A DNA stretch of 63,603 nt, filler included, from Reclinomonas americana ATCC 50394 (lineage: Eukaryota): the NCBI GenBank assembly GCA_048213135.1. It is 3 parts of 2 records of this genome, joined end to end, with 100 filler letters (N's around TTAATTAATTAA, not from the genome) between each part and the next. Parts side by side here need not be neighbours in the genome. Positions count along the whole stretch, not along the records: positions 26,435 to 56,025 come from PS015025.1; positions 56,126 to 63,603 come from PS015026.1; 1 more part is not named here. The stretch is one strand, 5' to 3'. Shown piece by piece: positions 52,125 through 63,603 of this stretch; positions within the stretch are counted from its first letter, which is position 1, and each line of letters opens with the position of its first letter. A model generated the notes under the pieces. The model was given only the letters and a program-made list of their open reading frames with translations. It was not told the origin of the DNA and ran no database searches. The position numbers and the translations under genes were made by a program.

Positions 52125-53158
52125 CGATTTTCGAGATAGGGGAGGATGAGACAAGTGGAAACTGTGAGCATTGCCCTTGGGGGAAGAGACGAACCGCGAG
52201 AGGCACTGAGCGCGGCGCTGCGAATGAGGCGAGAGAATGTGAGTTGAAACCAAGAGAACGAGATCACATGCAGCGACAAGAACGCAACAGGGCCGCGGCG
52301 GCGTCGGGGTGTGGTGTTGCCAGAGTCACAGGTACTGAAGGAATGCGGTGCACAGCAGAAGTCGGATTGCCGTTGACCTTGTCCAGCTCGAACTGCAACA
52401 TGGCGACTTGTCGCTCTGCACACAGGGGAAGAGATTCAGCGAGGCTGTGGAAGAGGAGCGCAACGATACTCGCACAACAACTGACCCAGGTCGACGTTGC
52501 GTGCCATCAGCTCCGTCTTTTCGCTCTCCAAACCCGAGATTTTGCGTTGCAGATTGCCCGTGAGTGTCTGCANNNNNNNNNNNNNNNNNNNNNNNNNNNN
52601 NNNNNNNNNNNNNNNNNNNNNNNNNNNNNNNNNNNNNNNNNNNNNNNNNNNNNNNNNNNNNNNNNNNNNNNNNNNNNNNNNNNNNNNNNNNNNNNNNNNN
52701 NNNNNNNNNNNNNNNNNNNNNNNNNNNNNNNNNNNNNNNNNNNNNNNNNNNNNNNNNNNNNNNNNNNNNNNNNNNNNNNNNNNNNNNNNNNNNNNNNNNN
52801 NNNNNNNNNNNNNNNNNNNNNNNNNNNNNNNNNNNNNNNNNNNNNNNNNNNNNNNNNNNNNNNNNNNNNNNNNNNNNNNNNNNNNNNNNNNNNNNNNNNN
52901 NNNNNNNNNNNNNNNNNNNNNNNNNNNNNNNNNNNNNNNNNNNNNNNNNNNNNNNNNNNNNNNNNNNNNNNNNNNNNNNNNNNNNNNNNNNNNNNNNNNN
53001 NNNNNNNNNNNNNNNNNNNNNNNNNNNNNNNNNNNNNNNNNNNNNNNNNNNNNNNNNNNNNNNNNNNNNNNNNNNNNNNNNNNNNNNNNNNNNNNNNNNN
53101 NNNNNNNNNNNNNTATGCCGTGTCAGCAGTGGCGGAGATAAACAACGACGCTTTGCAG

Positions 53159-53199
<41 letters not shown>

Positions 53200-54122
53200 T
53201 CCTCCAACGGCACCTTGAAATCCACGACTTCGTTGATGACGGCGTGGTTCTTCACAGCCCTGCAGCATTTCCACGATTCAGCCTCTTGCTGAGACATCAC
53301 AGATTCATGTTCCAACAACGCAACATGGCACGCGTGGCAAAGAGCAGTGTTGAGTAGCTCTCTTCGTAGTTGAAGAGCGCCGGTCCAATGTTTGCACACA
53401 AGCACGTTTTTGAGTTGCCGCTGCGCGAAGACAGAGAGTGAGAAACCCCCCCAAAAAAACCAGTTGCTTCCACGCATGCATAATGCAGACGCACCCGAGA
53501 CTCTGTTCACACAGACACATCGACGGGTGAGCGAGGAATACGATAGCAGCAACAATCGCACGAGAAACGCAACATCAGTGAGCAATCTTGTCAGCTTGCT
53601 GTCACGGAATGGCACGTGCGTACTGGAGGAGTCGATGAGAGAGGCCACACAGTTGCCGAGGGCACTCAGACTGCGATTGATGGTCTTGGCCTGCGCACAG
53701 CTGTCAGACGAGTGGTGGCGAGTACCAAGTAATCGCGGTAGACTTTAAGGTAACCTCTTCGAGTCGCTGTCCTTCCGAGCCACTCTTGGAGACGCGCTCC
53801 GAACCCGCCAGATCCACAATCGTGAGAAGACCGCGCTTCACACGTTGTCGTTCGCCCTGTTGCCAACAAGCAAGGTGTCAGACACACAAGTATGCAGGTG
53901 AGGGGAAGGGGAAGGGGAAGGGGAAGGGGAAGGGGAAGGGGAAGGGGAAGGGGAAGGGAAGGGGAAGGGGAAGGGGAAGGGGAAGAGGAAGGGGAAAGGG
54001 ACGGGGAAGGAAAGGAAGGGAATGGAAACTCACCCCTGCCACCTGCTCTCGTGTCGGCTGTCCATCTTCACCAAGGTACGCCCGCTGCTCCACCGTCATC
54101 ATGAGAATGACGTGACTGCGCG
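52125..54122 (-). CDS. Kinesin, C-terminal half of motor domain and neck coiled coil
   Basis: [59 protein letters not shown]. Confidence 0.93.
53900..54020. repeat. (GGGGAA)n intronic simple repeat
   Basis: Direct observation. Confidence 0.9.
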
Positions 54123-55146
54123 NNNNNNNNNNNNNNNNNNNNNNNNNNNNNNNNNNNNNNNNNNNNNNNNNNNNNNNNNNNNNNNNNNNNNNNNNNNNNN
54201 NNNNNNNNNNNNNNNNNNNNNNNNNNNNNNNNNNNNNNNNNNNNNNNNNNNNNNNNNNNNNNNNNNNNNNNNNNNNNNNNNNNNNNNNNNNNNNNNNNNN
54301 NNNNNNNNNNNNNNNNNNNNNNNNNNNNNNNNNNNNNNNNNNNNNNNNNNNNNNNNNNNNNNNNNNNNNNNNNNNNNNNNNNNNNNNNNNNNNNNNNNNN
54401 NNNNNNNNNNNNNNNNNNNNNNNNNNNNNNNNNNNNNNNNNNNNNNNNNNNNNNNNNNNNNNNNNNNNNNNNNNNNNNNNNNNNNNNNNNNNNNNNNNNN
54501 NNNNNNNNNNNNNNNNNNNNNNNNNNNNNNNNNNNNNNNNNNNNNNNNNNNNNNNNNNNNNNNNNNNNNNNNNNNNNNNNNNNNNNNNNNNNNNNNNNNN
54601 NNNNNNNNNNNNNNNNNNNNNNNNNNNNNNNNNNNNNNNNNNNNNNNNNNNNNNNNNNNNNNNNNNNNNNNNNNNNNNNNNNNNNNNNNNNNNNNNNNNN
54701 NNNNNNNNNNNNNNNNNNNNNNNNNNNNNNNNNNNNNNNNNNNNNNNNNNNNNNNNNNNNNNNNNNNNNNNNNNNNNNNNNNNNNNNNNNNNNNNNNNNN
54801 NNNNNNNNNNNNNNNNNNNNNNNNNNNNNNNNNNNNNNNNNNNNNNNNNNNNNNNNNNNNNNNNNNNNNNNNNNNNNNNNNNNNNNNNNNNNNNNNNNNN
54901 NNNNNNNNNNNNNNNNNNNNNNNNNNNNNNNNNNNNNNNNNNNNNNNNNNNNNNNNNNNNNNNNNNNNNNNNNNNNNNNNNNNNNNTCTCCCCAGTCCTC
55001 CCTCTCCTCCTCCTCCTTCTCCTTCTTCTCCTTCTCCTCCTCCTCCTCATTCTCCTCCTCCTCCTCCTCCTCCTCATTCTCCTCCTCCACCCTTTCCCCT
55101 TCCACCCCTTCCACCCCTCCCACCCCTCACTCCTCCCACCTCGCAG

Positions 55147-56025
55147 TCGTGGTACGCGTGAGACCACCAATCGAGGAGGACTTCCGCAATCCATACGCCG
55201 GCGAGTTTGTCGACTGCACCGAGATTCTCGACGACAACAGCACGCTGGTGTTGCACAGGCCCACGTACGACGACCGCGAGTTCTCCCTCGATGCCGTGTT
55301 GGGGCCACACAGGTTACACGCTCTCCCCTCTCCCTTAGTTTTCCTTCCTCTCACCCCTCTCCCTCCTCCACCACAGCAAGCAACACGACTCGTTCGATGT
55401 GGTGGCGCGTGACATTGTCGACGACGTGCTGAAGGGCTACAACGGCACGATCTTGGCGTACGGGCAAACGGGCAGCGGCAAGACGTTCTCCATCTTTGGC
55501 CCCGGCACCGACTGGGAGACTGGCTTGGCCGGCCCCTTCCAGCCGCGCCTGAGTGGTGCACAGTGGGCACTCAGCGAGCAGCACGGCATCATTCCGCGCT
55601 CTGTGCACAAGATTTTCGATCACATTCACGAGGTGCGCACCGATGCGCGTTTCATCACGTCAACCACGAAAGATCCGTTTCGCCAACCCTTTATAATCCT
55701 CTTCCCCTCTTTGCAGCACTCGCATGACGTGGAGTTCCGCGTCACCGTCAGCTTCCTGCAGATCTACATGGAGAATGTGATGGACCTGTTTGATGCCACA
55801 AAAACCAACCTGAGCATTCGCGAGGACCCCAAGACCGGTGTGTACGTCGACAACCTCACACAAGTGGTCGTCACGTCGCCACAGGACGTGCTGGAGATCA
55901 TCCGCCTGGGTGCCTCGAATCGCGCCATTTATGGCACGAGCATGGTGCAGCGCGTGTTTCATTGCGGAGCAGGAAGTCTCCTATTTTCGCTCACCGTCCC
56001 CATGTGGCGCAGAACAAACTGTCGT
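55147..56025 (+). CDS. Kinesin motor N-terminal half (inverted segment; first exon missing)
   Basis: VVVRVRP, GYNGTILAYGQTGSGKTF, GIIPRS, VSFLQIYME, IREDP..GVYV, GASNR..TSM|NKLS. Confidence 0.95.
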
Positions 56026-56069
56026 NNNNNNNNNNNNNNNNNNNNNNNNNNNNNNNNNNNNNNNNNNNN

Positions 56070-56081
56070 TTAATTAATTAA
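56070..56081. other. Artificial six-frame-stop scaffold linker
   Basis: TTAATTAATTAA within N44 flanks. Confidence 0.95.
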
Positions 56082-56156
56082 NNNNNNNNNNNNNNNNNNN
56101 NNNNNNNNNNNNNNNNNNNNNNNNNTACCCGTACACGCTCTCTCTCACACACACAG

Positions 56157-59100
56157 TCTCCATCATCGTGCAGGAACTGATTTACTGGAGAAACAAGGTT
56201 GGCATCGATTGAATGGGGTGTCATGTCGCAATCGCCAGCAATGATTAACCACGCAGTCTGCAGGCCAGCACCGCAGAGGCAGACGAGGCCACACTGAAAG
56301 CATTGCGCGAGTACCTCGGTGCGCTGCGAAGCAACTCGAACCGTGAGCCGACAGAGGCGGGTGGAGAGGCACCGCCACCACCTCCACCACAGACAGAGTT
56401 GTGTGGGTTGCGCGGTGCCGTCGCTTCTGCCTCCCACGACTGATTCCTCCTTTCTCGCAATGACAGGAAGCCACCTGAGCGACGGCGATCGGAGATGCTG
56501 CAGACGCACGCAACGCAGGCCATGTCGCTCATGGAGCAAGTGCGCTCCATTCTCGAGACCGAGTTGTCGGTTCGTGCACCCCACAGGCAAAGTCACTCGC
56601 ATTCTCCCGCTCTTATGTGAGTCCCTTCTGCATTGCAGTCGGCAAATCCACGAGTAGATCTACTGGAGAGTGCGCTCAATGCGCTCGAGAATGCCATGAC
56701 AGTGCATGCAGAGTCGCCGCGAGACGACATTCCTGGGCCCATTTTGAAAATGGAAATGGTACGTTTGTCGTCGCAGCGATTCATCTTCATTCTTCGACGC
56801 TCACTGTCAGGCAACGTAGGCCACCTCACCAATGGCCATTCTGAATGCCGACGGGCTGCCAGTATTGGATCCCATTGGCGATCTGGAGGAAGCCACGCGC
56901 GAAGTGAAGCAGCTTCGCGAGCGTCTCACGTTGCGTCCAACCGCTCCACTGCGATTCTCTCTTCTTTCTTCTTCCATGGCTCGCTCACTCGGTCGACAGT
57001 GAGCGCCACTTCGAGGTGGTAGCGTTGAAGCGTGAGCTCCTCAATGCTCGCAAGGGTGATCCGGATGCACTGGCCAATGTTGAGCGTATGTACGGCGCCA
57101 TGTCAACACCGATCTCGCGGTCCGCTGCCCTGGCCAACACGTACGGCATCATCAGTGATGCAGCTCCGACTCCAACTGAGGGCAAGGTGCGTCGGTAACG
57201 TGGAGGAAGAGATTGCATCGCTTCTTACAGCCTGTGCAGGGCCGCTACATGTCGCCATCACAAGCCGACACCCCGGCTGGCGAAGCAGCGCTGCACTCTC
57301 TGCCTGGCGTATCGCGCGCGGGTCACGTAACGGTGGTCAACAAGCACAGCAAGGCCGTTCGCGTGTCATCACATGGCACACAGACGCCACAAATCCGACA
57401 CGAGTGCAAACTATGCAAACGCATTCTGGCCCTCAACTTGCTGCAAGAAGCCGGCTTTGGGATGCGCACACCCGGCTTCAACGACGCACAAATCAGCCTG
57501 GACGAGGAAGATGATGACGGTGAGGACGATGACGATGGCGCGGGATCGACAGTGAAGGCCGGTCAAAAAATTGTTGCCGACGCGGACTCTGTCTTGAGTT
57601 CGCCGCTGGCCACCAGCATGGTTTGTGCAACAACTGAAGAAAAGCGATTGTGCAATCGGTCTGACAGTGTGTTGACCGACAGCGACGAGGGTCGACGGCG
57701 CTGGGAACACCATTGGGCTCGCGGGCGCGTCGGCCGTCGCACGCAAACCCAGCCGGCGGCAACTTTTCGTCGATTCTCATGTCACCGTCGGGTGGCGGAC
57801 GACGTCTGACCACCCGACGAGCCACGCTCACGGCACACAGCCCCACTGCTGACGACCCGGATTCGCCGACGCGCGAGTCATTGTTGCGGAACGGCCGAGC
57901 TGCCGGTGAAGGAGGTGGGCTGACTATTTCCTTTCCTCGTGTGCGTCGTGCAATCTTCTGACGAAAAGTTGTCGATGTGCAGACTATCCAGCTGCAGAGC
58001 GTCTTGGACGCGATCGTTATCGCGACTCGGATAACCCAATCGACGACTCATCCGATTCACCCAGGTACCTCGTCTCACAGCAGCACCTCCTGACAGTATC
58101 ACTCTCACTGACTTTACTCGTCACTCCTTTTCCGGGACAAGACATCGATCGCGAGATGCCGATCTCGGCGATGGCGGTCGTGGTGGTGAGGACGAGGAGA
58201 TTACGCCCTCGGGTAGACGCCGAGAGCGTCGATCGCGCACGGGCACGCCCAGCGGCGGTGTTCGCCTGCCAGACGGCAGCATCTCCGATTGGAATGAGTT
58301 TCGCCACCGCCATTGTCGTTTTTTGTCTTCGTTGTCACACTCACCACGACGTACTCGAACAGAGACGTTGTGCCAGGAGAGAACGGTCTACTGCTGGCGG
58401 GAATGCTGGCGGAGCAGTCGGCCGCCAGCCAGCGCGCACCGAGCAAGATCAAGAAGTTCCCACCGTTGGTTCTTGATCATGTCGCACCTACGCCACTCGA
58501 GAAACTGAGTGCCCCAGTTCGCGTGCGGGAGAAAGGTGCGCCACCTCCATCGACCTCCTCGCCACTCACCATCTGCTGTCTGTTTTGACGTACGCTCACC
58601 CCAACCGCTGCAGCTGTGATCAACACCAAGCTGTCGCCGTTCTTTGCCGACATGAATGCATGGCGCATGGTCAAGGACAACCGCACCTCGTGGGAGGTCT
58701 TGGCGCGTCTGGGTGAGATCGACCAGGAGCTGTCCGAGGAGAGCCTCCGAGCCCTGCTGGCCGAAGTGGCGCCGCCGACGCACGGACGTCGTGCCTCACC
58801 ACCACTGGTGGCTCCCACAAAACTCACCCGTGGTCGCTCCGCGTCGCGCACTCGCGCCCACAAGTTGCGCTTNNNNNNNNNNNNNNNNNNNNNNNNNNNN
58901 NNNNNNNNNNNNNNNNNNNNNNNNNNNNNNNNNNNNNNNNNNNNNNNNNNNNNNNNNNNNNNNNNNNNNNNNNNNNNNNNNNNNNATGACTGGCTATCTG
59001 CGTGCAGAATGGTAAGCGGGCTGTCGGGCGTCGATTCCCATGCGCTCATGTCACTCTTGGCGGTGGGCGATCCACAAATGGGAGGCAGAGGTTCAGTGGT

Positions 59101-60104
59101 CTTCAGCGGCACAGCAGGCGGGGTGGGCGGCCGCGAGACCGCCGGGCGACGAATATTATGAATGGGCGAAGTGATGGGCGCTGTGCCCACCTTGTGCACC
59201 TCACCAGTTTGGGGCATAATAAGAGGCGAGAGAGTAGAGGGCGCAGGCGGGCGAATACGTCTCAACGGGTTCGCTGAGGCAAGGGCAGCAGAGGGCAACC
59301 GTCTACCTACGGCCCGCATTCCTGGCTCGGGCATGGCGGCGTGTGGCGGTGGGGGCATGGCTGTGCAGAGAGAGAGAGGGCATTCTGCAAGAGTGCACAC
59401 GACACGCGCAAACGGGACACTGCTGAACCAACCTCCGTCATTGTCACCATCGGCTAGCGGTGGTGGCTCGGCGCTCGGTGCACGAGGATACATGGAGAAG
59501 CGCAAATTGTTGGGGTTGAATCCGCCTTGCGTCACCAGATCCGGCGTCTGTGCCAGTTGCAGGAGCAGCGCAGCGTTGGCGTGCACCTTGTTGCCTGGAG
59601 TTGGCGTCGATCGTGGGCGCGTGAGGCTCTTTGCCGGCACATCTGGCGTGGTGGCACGCGAGGCGGCAGCCGACACTGGCGCACTAGCTCCACCGCCCGC
59701 CAACAACTCGCTGCTCTCCGTGACGTTGTCGCTCGACGGTGCTGCCGTGGTGGGTGGCACATCCAGTGAAGCCGTGACACTCGTACCGTCGGCACCCGAG
59801 GGGCCCACTGTGTTCGTGGTGCCTTCAACTCGTGCACTGCCTCCAATGATGGGCTGTGCCGTGTCGCCGAGCATCGACGGATTGATGGTACCCTGTGAGT
59901 GCCTGGCAGTGACGGGCGCGCTCACGGACTGCTGCATGCTGTCGGATGACCTGTGCTCAACAAACACGAGCGATGAGTTGAATAGTGATGTGCATGCACG
60001 TATATGCGCGTTGAGTGCACNNNNNNNNNNNNNNNNNNNNNNNNNNNNNNNNNNNNNNNNNNNNNNNNNNNNNNNNNNNNNNNNNNNNNNNNNNNNNNNN
60101 NNGA
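56157..60104 (+). CDS. Large hypothetical protein, 3' part (coiled coil then Pro/Ser/Thr-rich; segment 58986-60020 inverted)
   Basis: GT-AG exon chain; KLRL|SSDSMQQ joins across the flip and the stop codon forms at 58986(-)/60103(+). Confidence 0.55.
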
Positions 60105-60217
60105 TAACGAGTGTTCTTCTCTTTTAAACAGCAGCCTAATAATGATTGTGTACGCAAAACAAAAAAAAATTGATCTTCCTCTCTCCCTCTCTCTCACTGT
60201 CTCTATTATTCACGGGT

Positions 60218-63200
60218 TCACGCTCGGGCACCGGTGCCCAAGCGACGAAGCCGATCCAGGTACTCAGCCGTCAACTCCGGGTACACCTCCTCCGCCTCCT
60301 CGTCGCCACCGTCTCCATCTTCGCCCTCTTCGTCATCATCGTCACTGTCACTGATCGCCCCAGACACTGTTTCAGACGCGCGTCAGTGCAACACAAAAAC
60401 AATGACAGGGGCACATTCTGTGCGGTCCAGTACCTCGCTGACCGGCAAGTCTGTGACGATTGAGCAGGCCCTACACGCACACAAGTCACACCAGCAAGAT
60501 ACGAACATGAGTGACCGAGAGCGACGAGGACAATTGGAAGGGCAAAACGCACCGTGGCCGCCACCACCGATGAAGTGTCCTCCTCCAGTACCGAAGCTGT
60601 GGCGTCGTCGGTGGTTTCGCTAAGGGCTCGCGAGGCGACAGCCGACTCCACCAACGCGCCACTGCTGCTCCCCGAAACCGCGTGCCCCGCCCTCTCGGCA
60701 GACGCCACGCGACCTTCGCCAGTCAGGAATGCCATTTTCGCCGCCTCTTCGTCGGTGGTTGACACTTTGAAGTGGGCGAGTCTGTACACCGCAAAGTGTT
60801 CGCTGAGTTTGCGCGGGACGATGCAAGACAGAGTCGGTGGGCGTGCGCACACGAAACTTCATCTTTTCTGCAAATGTGCTCGGCGAGTCGACCTCGGGAT
60901 CCGACCGGCGACCAAACAACTTGCGCATGGTGAGCTTCTTGACCACCTGCGGCATAATGTCGGCCAGAATGTCTGCAAGCGCACGCAATGCAACTGAGAA
61001 CGCGCGACGGGCAAGGTGAGCGCAAAACGAGGAACACCACACACCCTTCTTCGCCTGCTCCCCAAACTCCTTCATCGTCCACGTGACGTCGTGATACACA
61101 TGGGCGTGCAGGCGAAGTTTGAGCGAGTCAAAGTCTTTGAAGTCGCGTTCCTGTGTCGCATGGAACTCGATGAGTACACAGACACGCGCGAACGCACAAA
61201 TGCACGCTCACTGAACAAAGACCTTTGGGCCCTTGAAGGACAGCAACAGCGTGGTCTCCTGGATCTTGATGTAGTCAAAGGTCTTGTTGCGGCGAGCACG
61301 ATCCTTCATCAGCTCCACAGACTGCTTGGTGTAGAGTCGGCGCTGTGGACTGAACAAGCTCTGTGGGCGCCGTCGCTCCACCGCCGTGGCGGGCGACGAT
61401 GACAGCTGTGTGCGACTCGGCACATCGCGGAAACGCGAAACCGATCCGCTCGGCTCCGACCCCGGCGACACGTGCGGTGAGTCGCTCGAGTGCAGTGGCG
61501 GCAACAGCAGCGGTTGCTGCTGCAGATGCAAGTGCGGCGGTGGTTGATGGTGGTGGTGGTGGTGGTGGTGCGATGGTACTGGCGCCGGACCGACGTGCAT
61601 CGCCGGCTCACTGGACACTGCGAGCGACAAAGCTTCCCTATCAGCATTGCGATCGACCACAACATGGAACGTGTGCCACGCCTAACCAGCAATCACTTCC
61701 TCAAAGTCCGTCACGTACGACTCGGCCGTCTGCAACGACTGCGTGCGCTGTGGTGGAGTGCGACCAGTGCTTCGCGCAGTGGTACTCGGTGGCGTAATCG
61801 GTCCTGCGTTCACCACGACAGCCGCAGCCGTGGCTGCCGCCAGGGCCACCAGAGGGAGCGACGGCGATCCGCCATTCCACCCAACACGAGAGACGAGACT
61901 GGCTTTGGGACGCATCGCTTGCTGGGCCGCCAAGTGCGCCTCCAGCCACCCGGTGAAACTGCGATGCGGCAGGTGAGACAGGCTCATGGCGACAAAGTGA
62001 AAAACAAGTGTGCGGCGCACCCAGGATGCCCAGTTGTAGGCCGAGAGGCGGAGACGGGGGTAGTCTGACTCGAACTCTGCGCACAACACGTCGTCTCCAT
62101 TCAGTGACAAACTGGTATCCAACCCACCACAACTACCGCCATGTTCGAGCTTCACCTTGCCGTCGGCCTCGGAGAAAAAGTACGACCACAGCTCCAGGTA
62201 CAAGTTGTACGTCAGTTGGATGCGCATGGGGAAGAGGATGACTTGGAACATCTCGAACACCTGCAGGGCATTGAGCACGGCGAGTCACATCACGCTCATG
62301 GCTTGCGGAAACGTACCGGAATCCGATTCTTTGGCGGCCGCTGGCGCACGTTGAGTTGGAACACGCCGTTCTTGGTCATGAGGCTCGACTGCGCAGTCTC
62401 CAGTGACTGCAGCAGCTGCGGGTAGTACGCATTCGGTAGCCGATTCTGCGCCTCCATTCTCCGCACGCGCACCGAGAACTCTGCGTGCAGGCGTCAAGTC
62501 AGCCGTCACCTGCACGGGAAGGCACATTCGCAAACATACGCAGCGATGACTTCCACCGGAAAGCAGCTCGCCATCCACATTCACCACGTCCAACTTGGCA
62601 CTGACAATGGGCTGATGACCTGAAGAATACGCGCACACACACGCACGTATCAGCACACACGCTCTGACAAGGAACGATAACAAACTGCAGCCGAAACTCT
62701 CGTCAATCAACGCCAGCTGCACCAGTGACACTTCGGCGGCAAACACCGTGTGAATGCCTTCGATCTGTGTGTGGTGCTTGTGCTCGGCCTCGAGACATGC
62801 ACGCAAGTTCCGTTTCAGCACTTGCAGACGGTGTTGCTGGGCTGAGAGACGCGCCTGCAGCGTGTGCAAGTCGTCGATCTGCCAGAGGCGCACACTGTGA
62901 ATATCGCCTTTCCCTCAGCAACCAAACGAGCACCGAGAAACGCAACCGTGTCCAGGTCCACATCCACATCCAGTTCAAACTGAATCGCCTCCTTCAGGCG
63001 ATCTACGTTGCGCTCCAACGAGCGCACCATCTTGCTGAGTCGAAGCATTTGATCGTTGCGCCCTTGTCCCAGAATGCGGCTGAACACCAGCGTGTCCACC
63101 TGGTCACAGAAGGAGGAGGACGGTTGAGGACGAGAGAGAAATGAAACACAGGCTGCACACCATGCCGCCGCACCTTGTCGTCCAGCAGCACACGTCGCTC

Positions 63201-63603
63201 AATCTCTCCAAACAGCACGTCGGCCATGACACTGATAGTGGTGTTGAGCTCGTTGGACGGTACCTGCACGTCCAGATCACCGACGTGGATCTGTACCAGG
63301 CGCTGCCATGAATCACCACCGCGCCACGTGCGCACACGGACCTGTGGCAATGGAATGGACGTTAGATTTTTTGGACTCTCCGACTGCGAGTGTGGAATGA
63401 TAAAAAGTGTTTTCGCACCGACGCCATATAAGGGCATGCCAAGTGCACGAATGGAAATGGTGAATCCTGGAAGGGCGACACTGGACGTCGTGGCGACAGC
63501 GGTTCGCTGTCGTCCGATTGCCTCACAAAGACCTCGGCACATCGTTCCCACACCTCGGCTGCAGCATGAACTAGTGAGTCACACACACACACACACACAC
63601 ACA
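60218..63603 (-). CDS. BLTP2: Bridge-like lipid transfer protein BLTP2/hobbit/FMP27/SABRE, C-terminal Apt1 region
   Basis: FEMFQVILFPMRIQLTYNLYLELWSYFF; MKDRARRNKTFDYIKIQETTLLLSFKG; YHDVTWT. Confidence 0.82.

Noticed and set aside
53900..54020. (GGGGAA)n as a telomeric or functional G-quadruplex element
   Set aside because: Internal to an intron and similar to the many other purine/pyrimidine simple repeats in the window.

Overview
Gene-dense, GC-rich genomic DNA from a unicellular eukaryote (lineage not determinable here). It has short (~60-100 nt) GT-AG spliceosomal introns often containing (CA)n/(GA)n tracts, uses the standard genetic code (TAA, TAG and TGA stops all used) and has very short intergenic spacers. 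The window is three scaffolds joined by an artificial 100-nt N44-TTAATTAATTAA-N44 linker (26335-26434, 56026-56125). Recognisable genes: RFC1, a calpain-like protein with EF-hands, TMEM53/DUF829, a ubiquitin-like CaaX protein, PWP1, a PA-domain fragment, PEX11, an importin-alpha-like ARM protein, a CBS-domain protein, RBM22/SLT11, PSMD5, a PHOSPHO1/2-type phosphatase, an I78 peptidase inhibitor, Nup98-Nup96, nicastrin, RMC1, a kinesin and BLTP2/hobbit, plus several hypothetical genes. The dominant structural pattern is that most N gaps hide no gene sequence (reading frames join flush across gaps of up to ~750 N) and about nine gap-bounded segments are inverted in place inside genes. A scaffolding artefact is the favoured explanation, but this is testable. 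Biological leads: degenerate Ty1/Copia RNase H relics in two oversized introns, a ubiquitin-like protein with CaaX instead of di-Gly, a pseudo-calpain, 5-15 nt micro-exons, a candidate Nup98-only alternative 3' end, Arg-containing GRGFG repeats in Nup98, and a coding overlap between convergent genes. No CRISPR arrays, tRNA or rRNA genes were recognised. All family calls come from motif recognition by eye, not from database searches.
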